From Macrostomum hystrix (lineage: Eukaryota; Animalia; Platyhelminthes): a stretch of DNA of 64,000 bases. The stretch's first letter is position 1. The number at the start of each line of letters is the position of its first letter. Below are positions 38,922-49,490 of the stretch, in pieces. The notes under the pieces are model-generated. The model was not told where the DNA came from and ran no database searches. It worked only from the letters and a program-made list of their open reading frames with translations. The position numbers and the translations under genes were made by a program. The stretch is from the NCBI GenBank assembly GCA_950097015.1, contig CATNEN010000014.1:1364001-1428000 (forward strand), read 5' to 3'.

Positions 38922-41900
38922 ATGTCCAAACAATTTGAGTTTATAAAACAGCTGATAAGCCGCAAAGGCAAACGCTATGACGTCGCTAAGCGGCAAAAGT
39001 CGTTTGAGAAAGAGCTCGCCGCGTCTGATCGATTTCAGTCAATGGTAAGTGAAAGTGAAGAGCATACTTTTACTAATAACTGCCCTGTCCCTACCACACT
39101 GCCCTGTCTCTACCACATTGCCCTGTCTCTACCACACTGCCCTGTCTCTACCACATTGCCCTGTCTCTACCACACTGCCCTGTCTCTACCACACTGCCCT
39201 GTCTCTACCACACTGCCCTGTCTCTACCACACTGCCCTGTCTCTACCACATTGCCCTGTCTCTACCACACTGCCCTGTCTCTACCACATTGCCCTGTCTC
39301 TACCACACTGCCCTGTATCTACCACATTGCCCTGTCTCTACCACACTGCCCTGTCTCTACCACACTGCCCTGTCTCTACCACATTGCCCTGTCTCTACCA
39401 CACTGCCCTGTCTCTACCACATTGCCCTGTCTCTACCACACTGCCCTGTCTCTACCACATTGCCCTGTCTCTACCACACTGCCCTGTCTCTACCACACTG
39501 CCCTGTCTCTACCACATTGCCCTGTCTCTACCACACTGCCCTGTCTCTACCACACTGCCCTGTCTCTACCACACTGCCCTGTCTCTACCACACTGCCCTG
39601 TCTCTACCACACTGCCCTGTCTCTACCACACTGCCCTGTCTCTACCACACTGCCCTGTCTCTACCACACTGCCCTGTCTCTACCACACTGCCCTGTCTCT
39701 ACCACACTGCCCTGTCTCTACCACACTGCCCTGTCTCTACCACACTGCCCTGTCTCTACCACACTGCCCTGTCTCTACCACACTGCCCTGTCTCTACCAC
39801 ACTGCCCTGTCTCTACCACACTGCCCTGTCTCTACCACACTGCCCTGTCTCTACCACACTGCCCTGTCTCTACCACACTGCCCTGTCTCTACCACATTGC
39901 CCTGTCTCTACCACACTGCCCTGTCTCTACCACACTGCCCTGTCTCTACCACATTGCCCTGTCTCTACCACACTGCCCTGCCTCTACCACACTGCCCTGT
40001 CTCTACCACACTGCCCTGCCTCTACCACACTGCCCTGTCTCTACCACACTGCCCTGTCTCTACCACACTGCCCTGTCTCTACCACACTGCCCTGTCTCTA
40101 CCACACTGCCCTGTCTCTACCACACTGCCCTGTCTCTACCACACTGCCCTGTCTCTACCACATTGCCCTGTCTCTACCACACTGCCCTGCCTCTACTCTA
40201 CCAATAACTGCAATTTCTCTACTCAGACTGATGCGTCTCAGCCCGGCTCAGCTCAGCAGCCGCCCGGCGCAGCTCAGCAGCCGCCCACCGCAGCTCAGCA
40301 GCCGCCCCTCGCAGCTCAGCAGCCGCCCACCGCAGCTCAGCAGCCACTCGCCGCAGCTCAGCAGCCGCCCCCCGCAGCTCAGCAGCCGCCCCCCGCAGCT
40401 CAGCAGCCGCCCCCCGCAGCTCAGCAGCCGCCCACCGCAGCTCAGCAGCCGCCCACCGCAGCTCAGCAGCCGCCCCCCGCAGCTCAGCAGCCGCCCACCG
40501 CAGCTCAGCAGCCACTCGCCGCAGCTCAGCAGCCGCCCACCGTAGCTCAGCAGCCGCCCACCGCAGCTCAGCAGCCGCCCACCGCAGCTCAGCAGCCGCC
40601 CGCCGCAGCTCAGCAGCCCAAGTCGCGTGCCGGGCAGGAGTATATTTGCCCATTCGGTGACTGCATGCCAATCAAAGAGTCCCGCTTTAGTGAACACATC
40701 AAAAGAGCGCATATGAATCTGATCGAAGAGACAAAACAAAATCTGGCAAAGGATGGGCTTCCTGAATTTATTCTGCACAAAAGAGCCCTCCAGATTCTGC
40801 GTGCTTCTGTTAAGCTTAACACGCATCAGCTGACTGCCGGCCCAATGGCAGAGAAGGCGGTACAGTGCGAAATCTGCGGCGAGTGGCGCAACGACACAAA
40901 TTTGCTGGCGAGCCACAGACGCAACAGCCACCCAGACGCAGCAAGAGCTGCAAAGGAGCAGAAGCTGACTGAGGCCAGAAGCAGAGTGCCGGCTAGACCA
41001 GCCGTGGCCGAGCACCCGTCGACAGACGACGTTGAGGCACTCTGTGCATTCTTGGCCAGCTCTCTCGGTGGGCGCAAGAAGCCGGCAACGGTACGCGAAA
41101 TTCGTTGCTACCTGAAGCGGCTGATGCGCTCACTTGACATCGACTCATTTAACTCACTGGTCATCGAAGACCAGCGCGACCGAATCAGCGCGTATTTGGA
41201 TAACCTTTCCTACTCGATGCTCAAGCAGAGCGTCTCTGCGCTGGAAAAAGTCGGCAACTTTATGGTCACCCGACGCTATCAACAAGTGATTGAGGATGGG
41301 CTGCTGCAGCATTTAACATCATACAGGCAGTCGACAAAGAATTGGACTGCTAGTTCCATGGGTCCCAAGGCAAAATATTACGCGGACCTGATGGACCGGA
41401 AGGAAGAAGAGCTCATGACCGGCGACCAAATTAAGGCCGTCTTCGAGATGAAGACCACCGTCCTGGAGGAGGCTAGGCGCACAAAAGACCGGTGAGTTCT
41501 TATAATCTTTAAAGTGGCACTTAGATTTTGAAGTGGCACTTAGATTTTGAAGTGGCACTTAGATTTTGAAGTGGCACTTAGATTTTGAAGTGGCACTTAG
41601 ATTTTAAAGTGGCACTTAGATTTTGAAGTGGCACTTAGATTTTGAAGTGGCACTTAGATTTTGAAGTGGCACTTAGATTTTAAAGTGGCACTTAGATTTT
41701 AAAGTGGCACTTAGATATTGAAGTGGCACTTAGATTTTAAAGTGGCACTTAGATTTTGAAGTGGCACCTAATCTTTGAAATGGCACCTAATCTTTGAAAT
41801 GGCACCTAATCTTTGAAATGGCACCTAATCTTTGAAATGGCACCTAATCTTTGAAATGGCACTTAATCATGGGATGAAAAAATCTTGGCCTCAACATTGA

Positions 41901-44225
41901 CACAGGACGGTGACATTCCTGGCCATCGGGATGTGTATTTGTTTCGGCGATGGAAACGCCAACCGGCAGGGCGTGGCCTCCGCCTGCAAAATTTCGGACG
42001 CACGCCGGTGGCTGAAGTCGCCGAATGAGCCTCTCAAAGTTAAAGAGCATAAATCAAATGAGGGCCACGGCTCAGCGTGGGCAAGTGTAACGCCGTGCGC
42101 AGACCTGGTGATGCAGGTCCTGGCGCAACGATTTGCGGAGAGCCCGAGCGACGACGCTCCGGCGTTTCTATTCCCGTACGGCTCTTTCGACCGCCTATTT
42201 TACCAGTATAGAAAAAGATACTCACCGCTGCTGCACAATGTCACTGTTTCTAAATTCCGCGAGTGGCTGGAAACGATGGGTCTGGAATCCGCCACGGCGG
42301 AAGAACAGCGCTTGATGGCAGACCATCAAAATCACACCGAAGGAGTGCAGCGCCGATTTTACCAGGTAAGATTTACTCAAGTTATCTATAAAATCGCTTC
42401 ACGAACTAGGAATTTCTCAAGCTGGAAGCTTTAATACATATATACTTGCTTTAGCAATAGCTTCACTTTCACTCTTTGAAAAGCTTCACTGTATAGTATT
42501 TTTTGAGAAATTATGAAACAAAAGAGTCCAAATAAGAATGTATTGTTAAAATTAAGTTTGCTTTTATTATTATTAACCTTTTTATCCCACCACTTTGCTA
42601 ATCAGACCCAGACTAAGAAAAGAAGAGAGAAGGGCCGCCAGCTCACAAAGCGACTGGTCACAGAGGGCGCCGGCGTGCGTGAAGAGGACGTAAACGCCAA
42701 GGCTCCGCTACTCGGCAACGACCTGCAATCGGCTGCTGGCAGCTTAGCGAGCAGAATTAACTGCGCCGCCAGTGAGTGCATTATTGTTAAATAAGCTTTG
42801 TGAATTGAGATTTTGATGAATTGTGACCTCAGTGAATTTCGTCAATTTGGCCAAGTGAATCAGGACCTCAGGGAGTCAGGACATAAGGGAATCGAAACCT
42901 GTATGCTTGTATGCCAAGTCGCAGTGTCGGTGCTATAAAGAAAGTAGCACCGACTTTCTATATTATATTTTTTTAATATAATGGGTGCAGAGGCTATAAC
43001 AATTATATAAATACATTATCAAATATGACACCGTTTTTTAGCTGCCGACGGCGGTATTCGCAGAAAGCCAGCCACTACCGCATCCGCAAAAGCCAAAGCC
43101 AAGCCGTGCCGGTGGCAGAAAACAACCGACGCTTCGGTGGCTGGTCCGAAGGCGAAACGGCCGAGTGCCGGCGCCGTTCTGCCTGAGAATGCTGCTGCTG
43201 GCGCCGTTCTGCCTGAGAATGCTGCTGCTGGCGCCGTTCTGCCTGAGAATGCTGCTGCTGGCGCCGTTCTGCCTGAGAATGCTGCTGCTGGCGCCGTTCT
43301 GCCTGAGAATGCTGCTGCTGGCGCCGTTCTGCCTGGGAATGCTGCTGCCGGCGCCGTTCTGCCTGAGAATGCTGCTGCTGGCGACTTTCTCGACAGCTTG
43401 ACAAATCTGTCGTTCTCTTCTTCGCTGGCAGATTTTAACCAAGAGCTGCTTGAGGAATTGTACAGCTCGGCTGCGGGCTCCTCTGGCGTCGCTGGCGCTG
43501 ATCTGCCCGCGGAGTCGGCTGCGGGCTCCTCTGGCGTCGCTGGCGCTGATCTGCCCACGGAGTCGGCTGCAGGCTCCTCTGGCGTCGCTGGCGCTGATCT
43601 GCCCGCGGAGTCGGCTGCGGGCTCCTCTGGCGTCGCTGGCGCTGATCTGCCCACGGAGTCGGTTGCGGGCTCCTCTGGCGTCGCTGGCGCTGATCTGCCC
43701 GCGGAGTCGGTTGCGGGCTCCTCTGGCGTCGCTGGCGCTGATCTGCCCACGGAGTCGGCTGCGGGCTCCTCTGGCGTCGCTGGCGCTGATTTGCCCGCGG
43801 AGTCGGTTGCGGGCTCCTCTGGCGTCGCTGGCGCTGATCTACCCGCGGAGTCGGCTGCGGGCGCAACCCGCAAAAGGCGGCTGCCACCAGCTGCCGACCA
43901 ATCCTGCAAACGGCAGAAACTGGAGCCTGGCACGCTGGTGCTAGGGTACTGGCCGACCAATGGCGAATGTTGGTGGCCAGCAATGGTTTGTCTGCCACGA
44001 CGCGGTTCGAGATGCACAAGAGGAGTGAGCATGATACATGTGCATGTGCAATTTTTCGACGCCCCACCGTCAAGTGCGTGGTTGCACCAGTGGCGGTTCG
44101 TGGAAAATTCAATGGCAGCACCACGAGGCGCATCACAAGAGCTGAGAGAAGCCTTCGAGCAAATGGCAGCTGCTTCAAAAATAAGTGCTGAAGACCGTAT
44201 TGACAGATTCCTGAACTCTGTGTAA
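38922..44225 (+). CDS. Crypton-like tyrosine recombinase fused to two C2H2-type zinc fingers and a C-terminal PWWP domain. Exons 38922-39044, 40227-41491, 41906-42365, 42606-42771, 43042-44225 (3198 nt, ~1065 aa)
   Basis: All four introns are GT-AG with matching phases (0, 2, 0, 1): ATG|gtaagt...ctcag|ACT; CG|gtgagt...cacag|G; CAG|gtaaga...atcag|ACC; A|gtgagt...ttttag|CT. Recombinase motifs: NRQG (R at 41964), VKEHK, SKFR, HQNH-x8-Y (FY, Y at 42360). Zinc fingers: CPFGDC..HIKRAH (from 40647) and CEIC..HRRNSH (from 40866). PWWP: PGTLVLGYWPTNGECWWPAMV...HVQFFDAPPSSAW (~43920-44110). Confidence 0.8.
39070..40195. repeat. 19-bp minisatellite filling intron 1 of the recombinase gene
   Basis: Unit ctctaccacactgccctgt. 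Confidence 0.97.
40245..40620 (+). repeat. Coding 21-bp repeat (AAQQPPx, ~18 units) in exon 2
   Basis: Unit gcagctcagcagccgcccacc, in frame. Confidence 0.9.
41507..41862. repeat. 19-bp minisatellite in intron 2 (two sub-types)
   Basis: ttagattttgaagtggcac, then ctaatctttgaaatggcac. Confidence 0.95.
43168..43862 (+). repeat. Coding repeats in exon 5: 30-bp (GAVLPENAAA x7) and 48-bp (AGSSGVAGADLPAESA x8)
   Basis: Visible in ORF 43137..44225; unit lengths are multiples of 3. Confidence 0.9.
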
Positions 44226-45467
44226 CTTTCTACGCTTAATTAGGCCAAAAAACGAAGGCAGCAGATTCTGATCGATTCAAAGAGGGTGATTATAGGAAGA
44301 CAGTTCTAGGAGAGTGATCGAAAGCAGATTGGGCAAGCTCAATTTAATGCATAGCAGCGGTGCCAACACCTGTGCTGCGCGGTTTTTTCTCTGTTGCACT
44401 TTTTCTGCGCTTTTGTACTATTTCAACATGCTATTAAAACTATTTTCTAACTTGTGAAACATGTCAATATAATATAATATTTGAAACTTGTAACTGAAAA
44501 TTCGTATGCACATAAAATATAATTTGAAAATGTGAAAATAAAGTAAATAATAAATTTATATATATAACTGAAATAGCTGGACTTGTGTCTAATACGATTG
44601 ACCTCAAACCCTTTAAAGCTGCGACCGAAATATTTTCCCATTTCTACTATTAGTAGCTTATAATGCAAAATTTACAGTTTCTTTGCAAAACTTTTATGTG
44701 TCATATTTCGAAATATTCTGGTCGGATATATTTTTTTGGAGTGTCATATCTGTGATGTGGCCTGTCGGGTATCCCCTACGATGTGCGTCATTTCTTTGTT
44801 TCGTGTCATCACCGCTAACATGGGGGAGGCGGTGCGATGGTCGCTAAGCGCCTAGTTCGCCGGTCTGGGGCGTGCCGCTCCGTCGCTTGTGCGACAAGTG
44901 CCCGGGCCCCCTGCAAATACATAGAGAATGTTTATACATAGCAATTTTGGTTGGGTCTTCGATAAGAATCACTGAATATCTTGACAATGCTAACTTTGAA
45001 AGTAAGCACATCGTAAGGGGTGTAAAATTTAGATCCACATGATGCACTTTCACGAAAATCGGCCATTCTGTTTGGGAGCTATCGTGAAGTATATGAAGTA
45101 TGCAAAGTATGAAGTATATGCACTGCAACACAGCTGCATTGTATTAGGGAGAAGCGACAGAAAATGAGCAGCCAGAAAAGCTGCCAGTCTCAAGACATGG
45201 ACACCAGCATCATAAATATTTTTGCTGATTTTTGCTGTTGGCAAATTAATGATTGGAACATGTGTAGTAAAATACTCGTATCTGTGTTTAAATTAGAGGT
45301 GCAAAACAGGAAAGCAAAATAATAATTACACTTTTCGCGAGACCTCGGTACAAACTCTCGATGCTAGCTTGGATTCTTAGAAACACTTCATTTACGCTCG
45401 TACTATAGACAGGTATATTTAATGCTGTTAATAGGCTAAAATGCAAATAAGCAAATTATCAGTGTCA

Positions 45468-46944
45468 CTAATCATCGATGCAGTCCCCTAGCACATCGGG
45501 GCAGTAGGGCAGGAATCCCGCACAATTGTCCGAGCCGCACAGGCAGGCCAGCAGGCGGCGGTGGACGTCAGGAGGGGGCGGCGGCCCGTAGGAGATGGTG
45601 AGCTCCTCGCCGGGCTGGACGGGCCGTCTAGCGAACAGCGCCAGCCACGGGATCTCGGAGTCGATGCGAACCGGTACCACGGACACGTTGGGCGAACAGC
45701 TGTGGTTAAGGTACCTAGCGGGGTGGCTGGACTCGCTGGCGTCAACGATTGTCAGCTGCTGGCTTTGCTGTCCCTCAGCGGACAGCCGCTTTGTTAACGG
45801 CTGGTCATGGAGATCTTCGGCTGACACATAGAGCCGCTTTCGCAGCTGATCTGACTGCTGTTGCTGGCCTGCAGTCAGCTGATCTGACTGCTGTTGCTGG
45901 CCTGCAGTCAGCTGATCTGACTGCTGTTGCTGGCCTGCAGTCAGCTGATCTGACTGCTGTTGCTGGCCTGCAGTCAGCCGATCTGACTGCTGTTGCTGGC
46001 CTGCAGTCAGCTGATCTGACTGCTGTTGCTGGCCTGCAGTCAGCTGATCAGGCTGTTGCTGCTGACACGTCTGTGCCAGCTCAGCTTGTGTCGACTGCAC
46101 CATCAGCCGCTCTCGCAGTACGAAAATGAAGTTGCCGCAGCCGGTGCCACGCAGCGCCTCTCTGCGCAGCATCTCGGTTGGGCTAATGACTTCGCCCGGA
46201 TAAACGCCCACGAAATCACCTGGCTGGAGGCCGAGGCGAGTTCGCGCCCCGAGTCCAGCCGGGGTGCCAGTGTCAAACACCTCTAATAGGTCGGCGGGCG
46301 GGCAGCGGAGGCCTCGTCCGACTGTGCGGTTGCGGCAGACCGACGACAATATCGTCGCGTCCGCACAGGCGCAGCTGGCGCCGCATTCGTGAACCCTGGG
46401 CAGCGGCGCCTGTCTGTGGACAGGTTGGAAGTCGGGTCAGGGAATGTATGAGGACAAGAAGCAAAGACTGGGAAGATTGCAGATAAATAATATTCAGCAT
46501 TTTTAAGGGGGCTGGGGGCACGGACGCATCAATGGCGACTGTCGACTCGCAGCCAGCGAGGGGCACACAGTGCCCGGGAGTTGGCTCTAGTGAGCATAAA
46601 TTTCACGACAAGCCCCAAAGCCTTCTCTCCGCGGCTGCGCGTCAAATAAATGTGGCCTGTCGCCCAGGACTGGAGCTGACAAGCTGTGCGCACCTGTCAT
46701 CATCGCACAGGTAGGCCATTCGCAGGCGGCCCGTGTCGCTGCAGTACCAGGAGGAGAAGGCAGCGCTCAGGCAGGCGCAGGTGTCAGCGCCCGTGCAGCA
46801 GTTAGCAACGGCGCCGGAGGAGACCCGGCAGTCGCAGCTGACCCGCAGCTGGACGAAGCGGCTCCAGTCGGTGGTAGGACCATAGACAACAGGGCACGAG
46901 TTGGAATTTGAGCTCGAGTTCGAATCGGCGCTGCTGTCGTGGTC
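45468..46944 (-). CDS. SETMAR: SETMAR-like histone-lysine methyltransferase (pre-SET/SET/post-SET, no transposase). Exons 46944-46694 and 46413-45468; first exon not resolved
   Basis: Pre-SET cysteines (CDC..CC..CAC; VHECGASCAC..CRNRTV). SET motifs GVYPGEV, RYLNHSCSPN..VPVRIDSEIPWLALFA..GEELTISYG. Post-SET CLCGSDNCAGFLP. The VRIDS.P.LALFA and C.C...C.GFLP strings are typical of the SETMAR SET domain. Phase-2 intron AG|gtgcgc 46693...46414 ccacag|A. Confidence 0.8.
45838..46070 (-). repeat. In-frame 33-bp repeat (QQQQSDQLTAG, ~6-7 units) inside the SET domain
   Basis: Unit ctgatctgactgctgttgctggcctgcagtcag on the + strand. Confidence 0.9.
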
Positions 46945-47612
46945 CTGAAGGCGATTACAAGGACTCCAATCACTACAATTGATTTACTCACTACACTACA
47001 ATTCCCTAGTGTAAAATGTGCACCTGCACTATCTAGGGTAGAAATTGGGGTGAGTGTGACGGCATTCCCAGTCTACGGACTGAACAGCTGTACACACCGT
47101 TTGGAAGCGCCGCGCAATAGCTGGGGCTGTGCGGTGTCGGTGCAGGTGCTATTTCTAGTTGTTTTCTATATTCTACTTTAAAAGGCTTGAAGAAAACTTT
47201 GCGATGGATTAGCAAATGAACACAGTTAAGCAGGCTTTGATATTTATAGCATTTCAAAACTTGGCAAAATTTACCACAAAATCCGGCGCACCAAAGAGAG
47301 CACAAACTGTGCTAGCTACTCACAAGTAGCAAGAATGCATATATTTGTTGAACAGCAGGCTTACTATAGGGGAGGGTAAATGAGAAATTTCTATGCAGCT
47401 GCGACGAGATTGCAGATAAACGGAGAAAAAAGCACTGGGATCGCACAGGTGCAAAGAAAATAGCCGTGTGATTTCCTGGTAAAGCGACAACGCCACAGAA
47501 AACTCGCCAAATGCATAACAAAAGTGAATATGCTCACTGATACATAGCGGGAGAAACTAAGTTTAGGAAACCAACGACAGCATAAGCAGCAGCCAGCTCT
47601 CGACTGCAGAGT

Positions 47613-48242
47613 CTAAGCCGCCAAACCGCAGCCACCCAGCTGCATCTGGAACACCTCGATGGTGTCATTGTCCTCCATTTGCAGCGAGCTCGGAGTGTCA
47701 CTGTCCAGAACGTTGGCGCCATCGAAATAGAACCGGATGGCCTGCAGGAGCGGGAGCGGGTTGGTGGGTCTGGAGATGAACTTCTGAAGATTAACAGGCC
47801 GAGATTTGGGATTTGAACGGCTTGGGATCTGAAGATTAACAGGCCAAGATTTGGGATTTGAAGATTAACAGGCCGAGATTTGAGATTTGAACGGCTTGGG
47901 ATCTGAAGATTAACAGGCCGAGATTTGGGATTTGAAGATTAACAGGCCGAGATTTAGGATTTGAACTGCTTGGAATCTGAAGATTAACAGGACGAGATTT
48001 GGGATTTTAAGGGCTGTGGGTCTGAACGGTTTTCGCTCGGCTTCGGCCCCGCTCACCTGGTCCCTCGTGCCGGTGCGCTGGCAGTAGGCCGCCATGAGCT
48101 TGCTAAGCTGGGTGGTTCGCTTGATGAGGAACTGCACCACCGAGCCGTTCTTGCTCTGCACGCACACGCTGATTTGATGCGGCGATGGCGTGCCAGAGCC
48201 GCCTCCTTCGCTGATTTCGGCGCTGAAGTCCGCGCGAGTCAT
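47613..48242 (-). CDS. SUMO: Small ubiquitin-like modifier (SUMO), divergent. Exons 48242-48057 and 47741-47613 (104 aa)
   Basis: Joined protein ...HQISVCVQSKNGSVVQFLIKRTTQLSKLMAAYCQRTGTRDQ|AIRFYFDGANVLDSDTPSSLQMEDNDTIEVFQMQLGG-CGLAA*: SUMO pattern with di-glycine and a short propeptide. Phase-0 intron CAG|gtgagc...ctgcag|GCC. An upstream in-frame ATG also exists at 48272. Confidence 0.88.
47783..48005. repeat. Degenerate tandem repeat in the SUMO intron
   Basis: Recurring gaagattaacaggccgagatttgggattt. Confidence 0.85.
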
Positions 48243-48279
48243 GACAACTAGAGCTGAAACAAACTGACTCATGAGTAAT

Positions 48280-49490
48280 AAGACTGTGACCTCCACCCAC
48301 CTAAGACTGTGACCTCCACCCTCCTAAGACTGTGACCTCCACCGTCCAAAGCATGTGCCCTCCGCCCACCTAAGACTGTGACCTCCACCCTCCTAAGCCT
48401 GTGACCTCCACCCTCCTAAGACTGTGACCTCCGCCCACCTAAGACTGTGCCCTCCGTCCACCTAAGACTGTGACCTCCACCCACCTAAGACTGTGACCTC
48501 CGCCCACCTAAGACTGTGCCCTCCGCCCACCTAAGACTGTGACCTCCACCCACCTAAGACTGTGACCTCCACCCACCTAAGCCTGTGACCTCCACCCACC
48601 TAAGCCTGTGACCTCCACCCACCTAAGACTGTGACCTCCACCGTCCAAAGCATGTGCCCTCTGCCCACCTAAGACTGTGACCTCCACCCTCCTAAGCCTG
48701 TGACCTCCACCCTCCTAAGACTGTGACCTCCACCCACCTAAGACTGTGACCTCCACCCACCTAAGACTGTGACCTCCACCCACCTAAGACTGTGACCTCC
48801 GCCCACCTAAGACTGTGCCCTCCGCCCACCTAAGACTGTGACCTCCACCCACCTAAGACTGTGACCTCCACCCACCTAAGACTGTGACCTCCACCCACCT
48901 AAGACTGTGACCTCCACCCACCTAAGCCTGTGACCTCCACCCACCTAAGCCTGTGACCTCCACCCACCTAAGACTTGTGACCTCCACCCTCCTAAGACTG
49001 TGACCTCCACCCTCCTAAGACTGTGACCTCCACCGTCCAAAGCATGTGCCCTCCGCCCACCTAAGACTGTGACCTCCACCCTCCTAAGCCTGTGACCTCC
49101 ACCCTCCTAAGACTGTGACCTCCGCCCACCTAAGACTGTGACCTCCGCCCACCTAAGACTGTGACCTCCACCCACCTAAGACTGTGACCTCCGCCCACCT
49201 AAGACTGTGCCCTCCGCCCACCTAAGACTGTGACCTCCACCCACCTAAGACTGTGACCTCCACCCAAAGCCTGTGCCCTCCACCCACCTAAGCCTGTGCC
49301 CTCCGCCCACCTAAGACTGTGACATCCACCACCTAAGACTGTGACATCCACCACCTAAGACTGTGACCTCCAAACTCCTAAGAATGTGACCTCCACCCAC
49401 CTAAGGCTGTGACCTCCACCCTCATAAGACTGTGCCCTCCGCCCACCTAAGGCTGTGACCTCAACCTCCTAAGACTGTGACCTCGGCCGT
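48280..49490. repeat. 23-bp minisatellite immediately upstream of SUMO
   Basis: Unit ctaagactgtgacctccacccac. Confidence 0.95.

Noticed and set aside
38922-41495. The 857-aa ORF (and 39049..40545, 39251..40207) taken at face value
   Set aside because: The HCPVSTTLP stretch is a 19-bp minisatellite bounded by consensus splice sites. The spliced model restores a coherent recombinase.
38922-44225. DIRS/Ngaro retrotransposon or Polinton origin of the recombinase
   Set aside because: No adjacent RT/RNase H, split direct repeats or polB/capsid genes, and the gene has introns. The RT fragments elsewhere in the window are LINE-type.
45468-46944. SET-mariner fusion as in primate SETMAR
   Set aside because: The ORF stops shortly after the post-SET motif and no mariner DDD transposase is visible.
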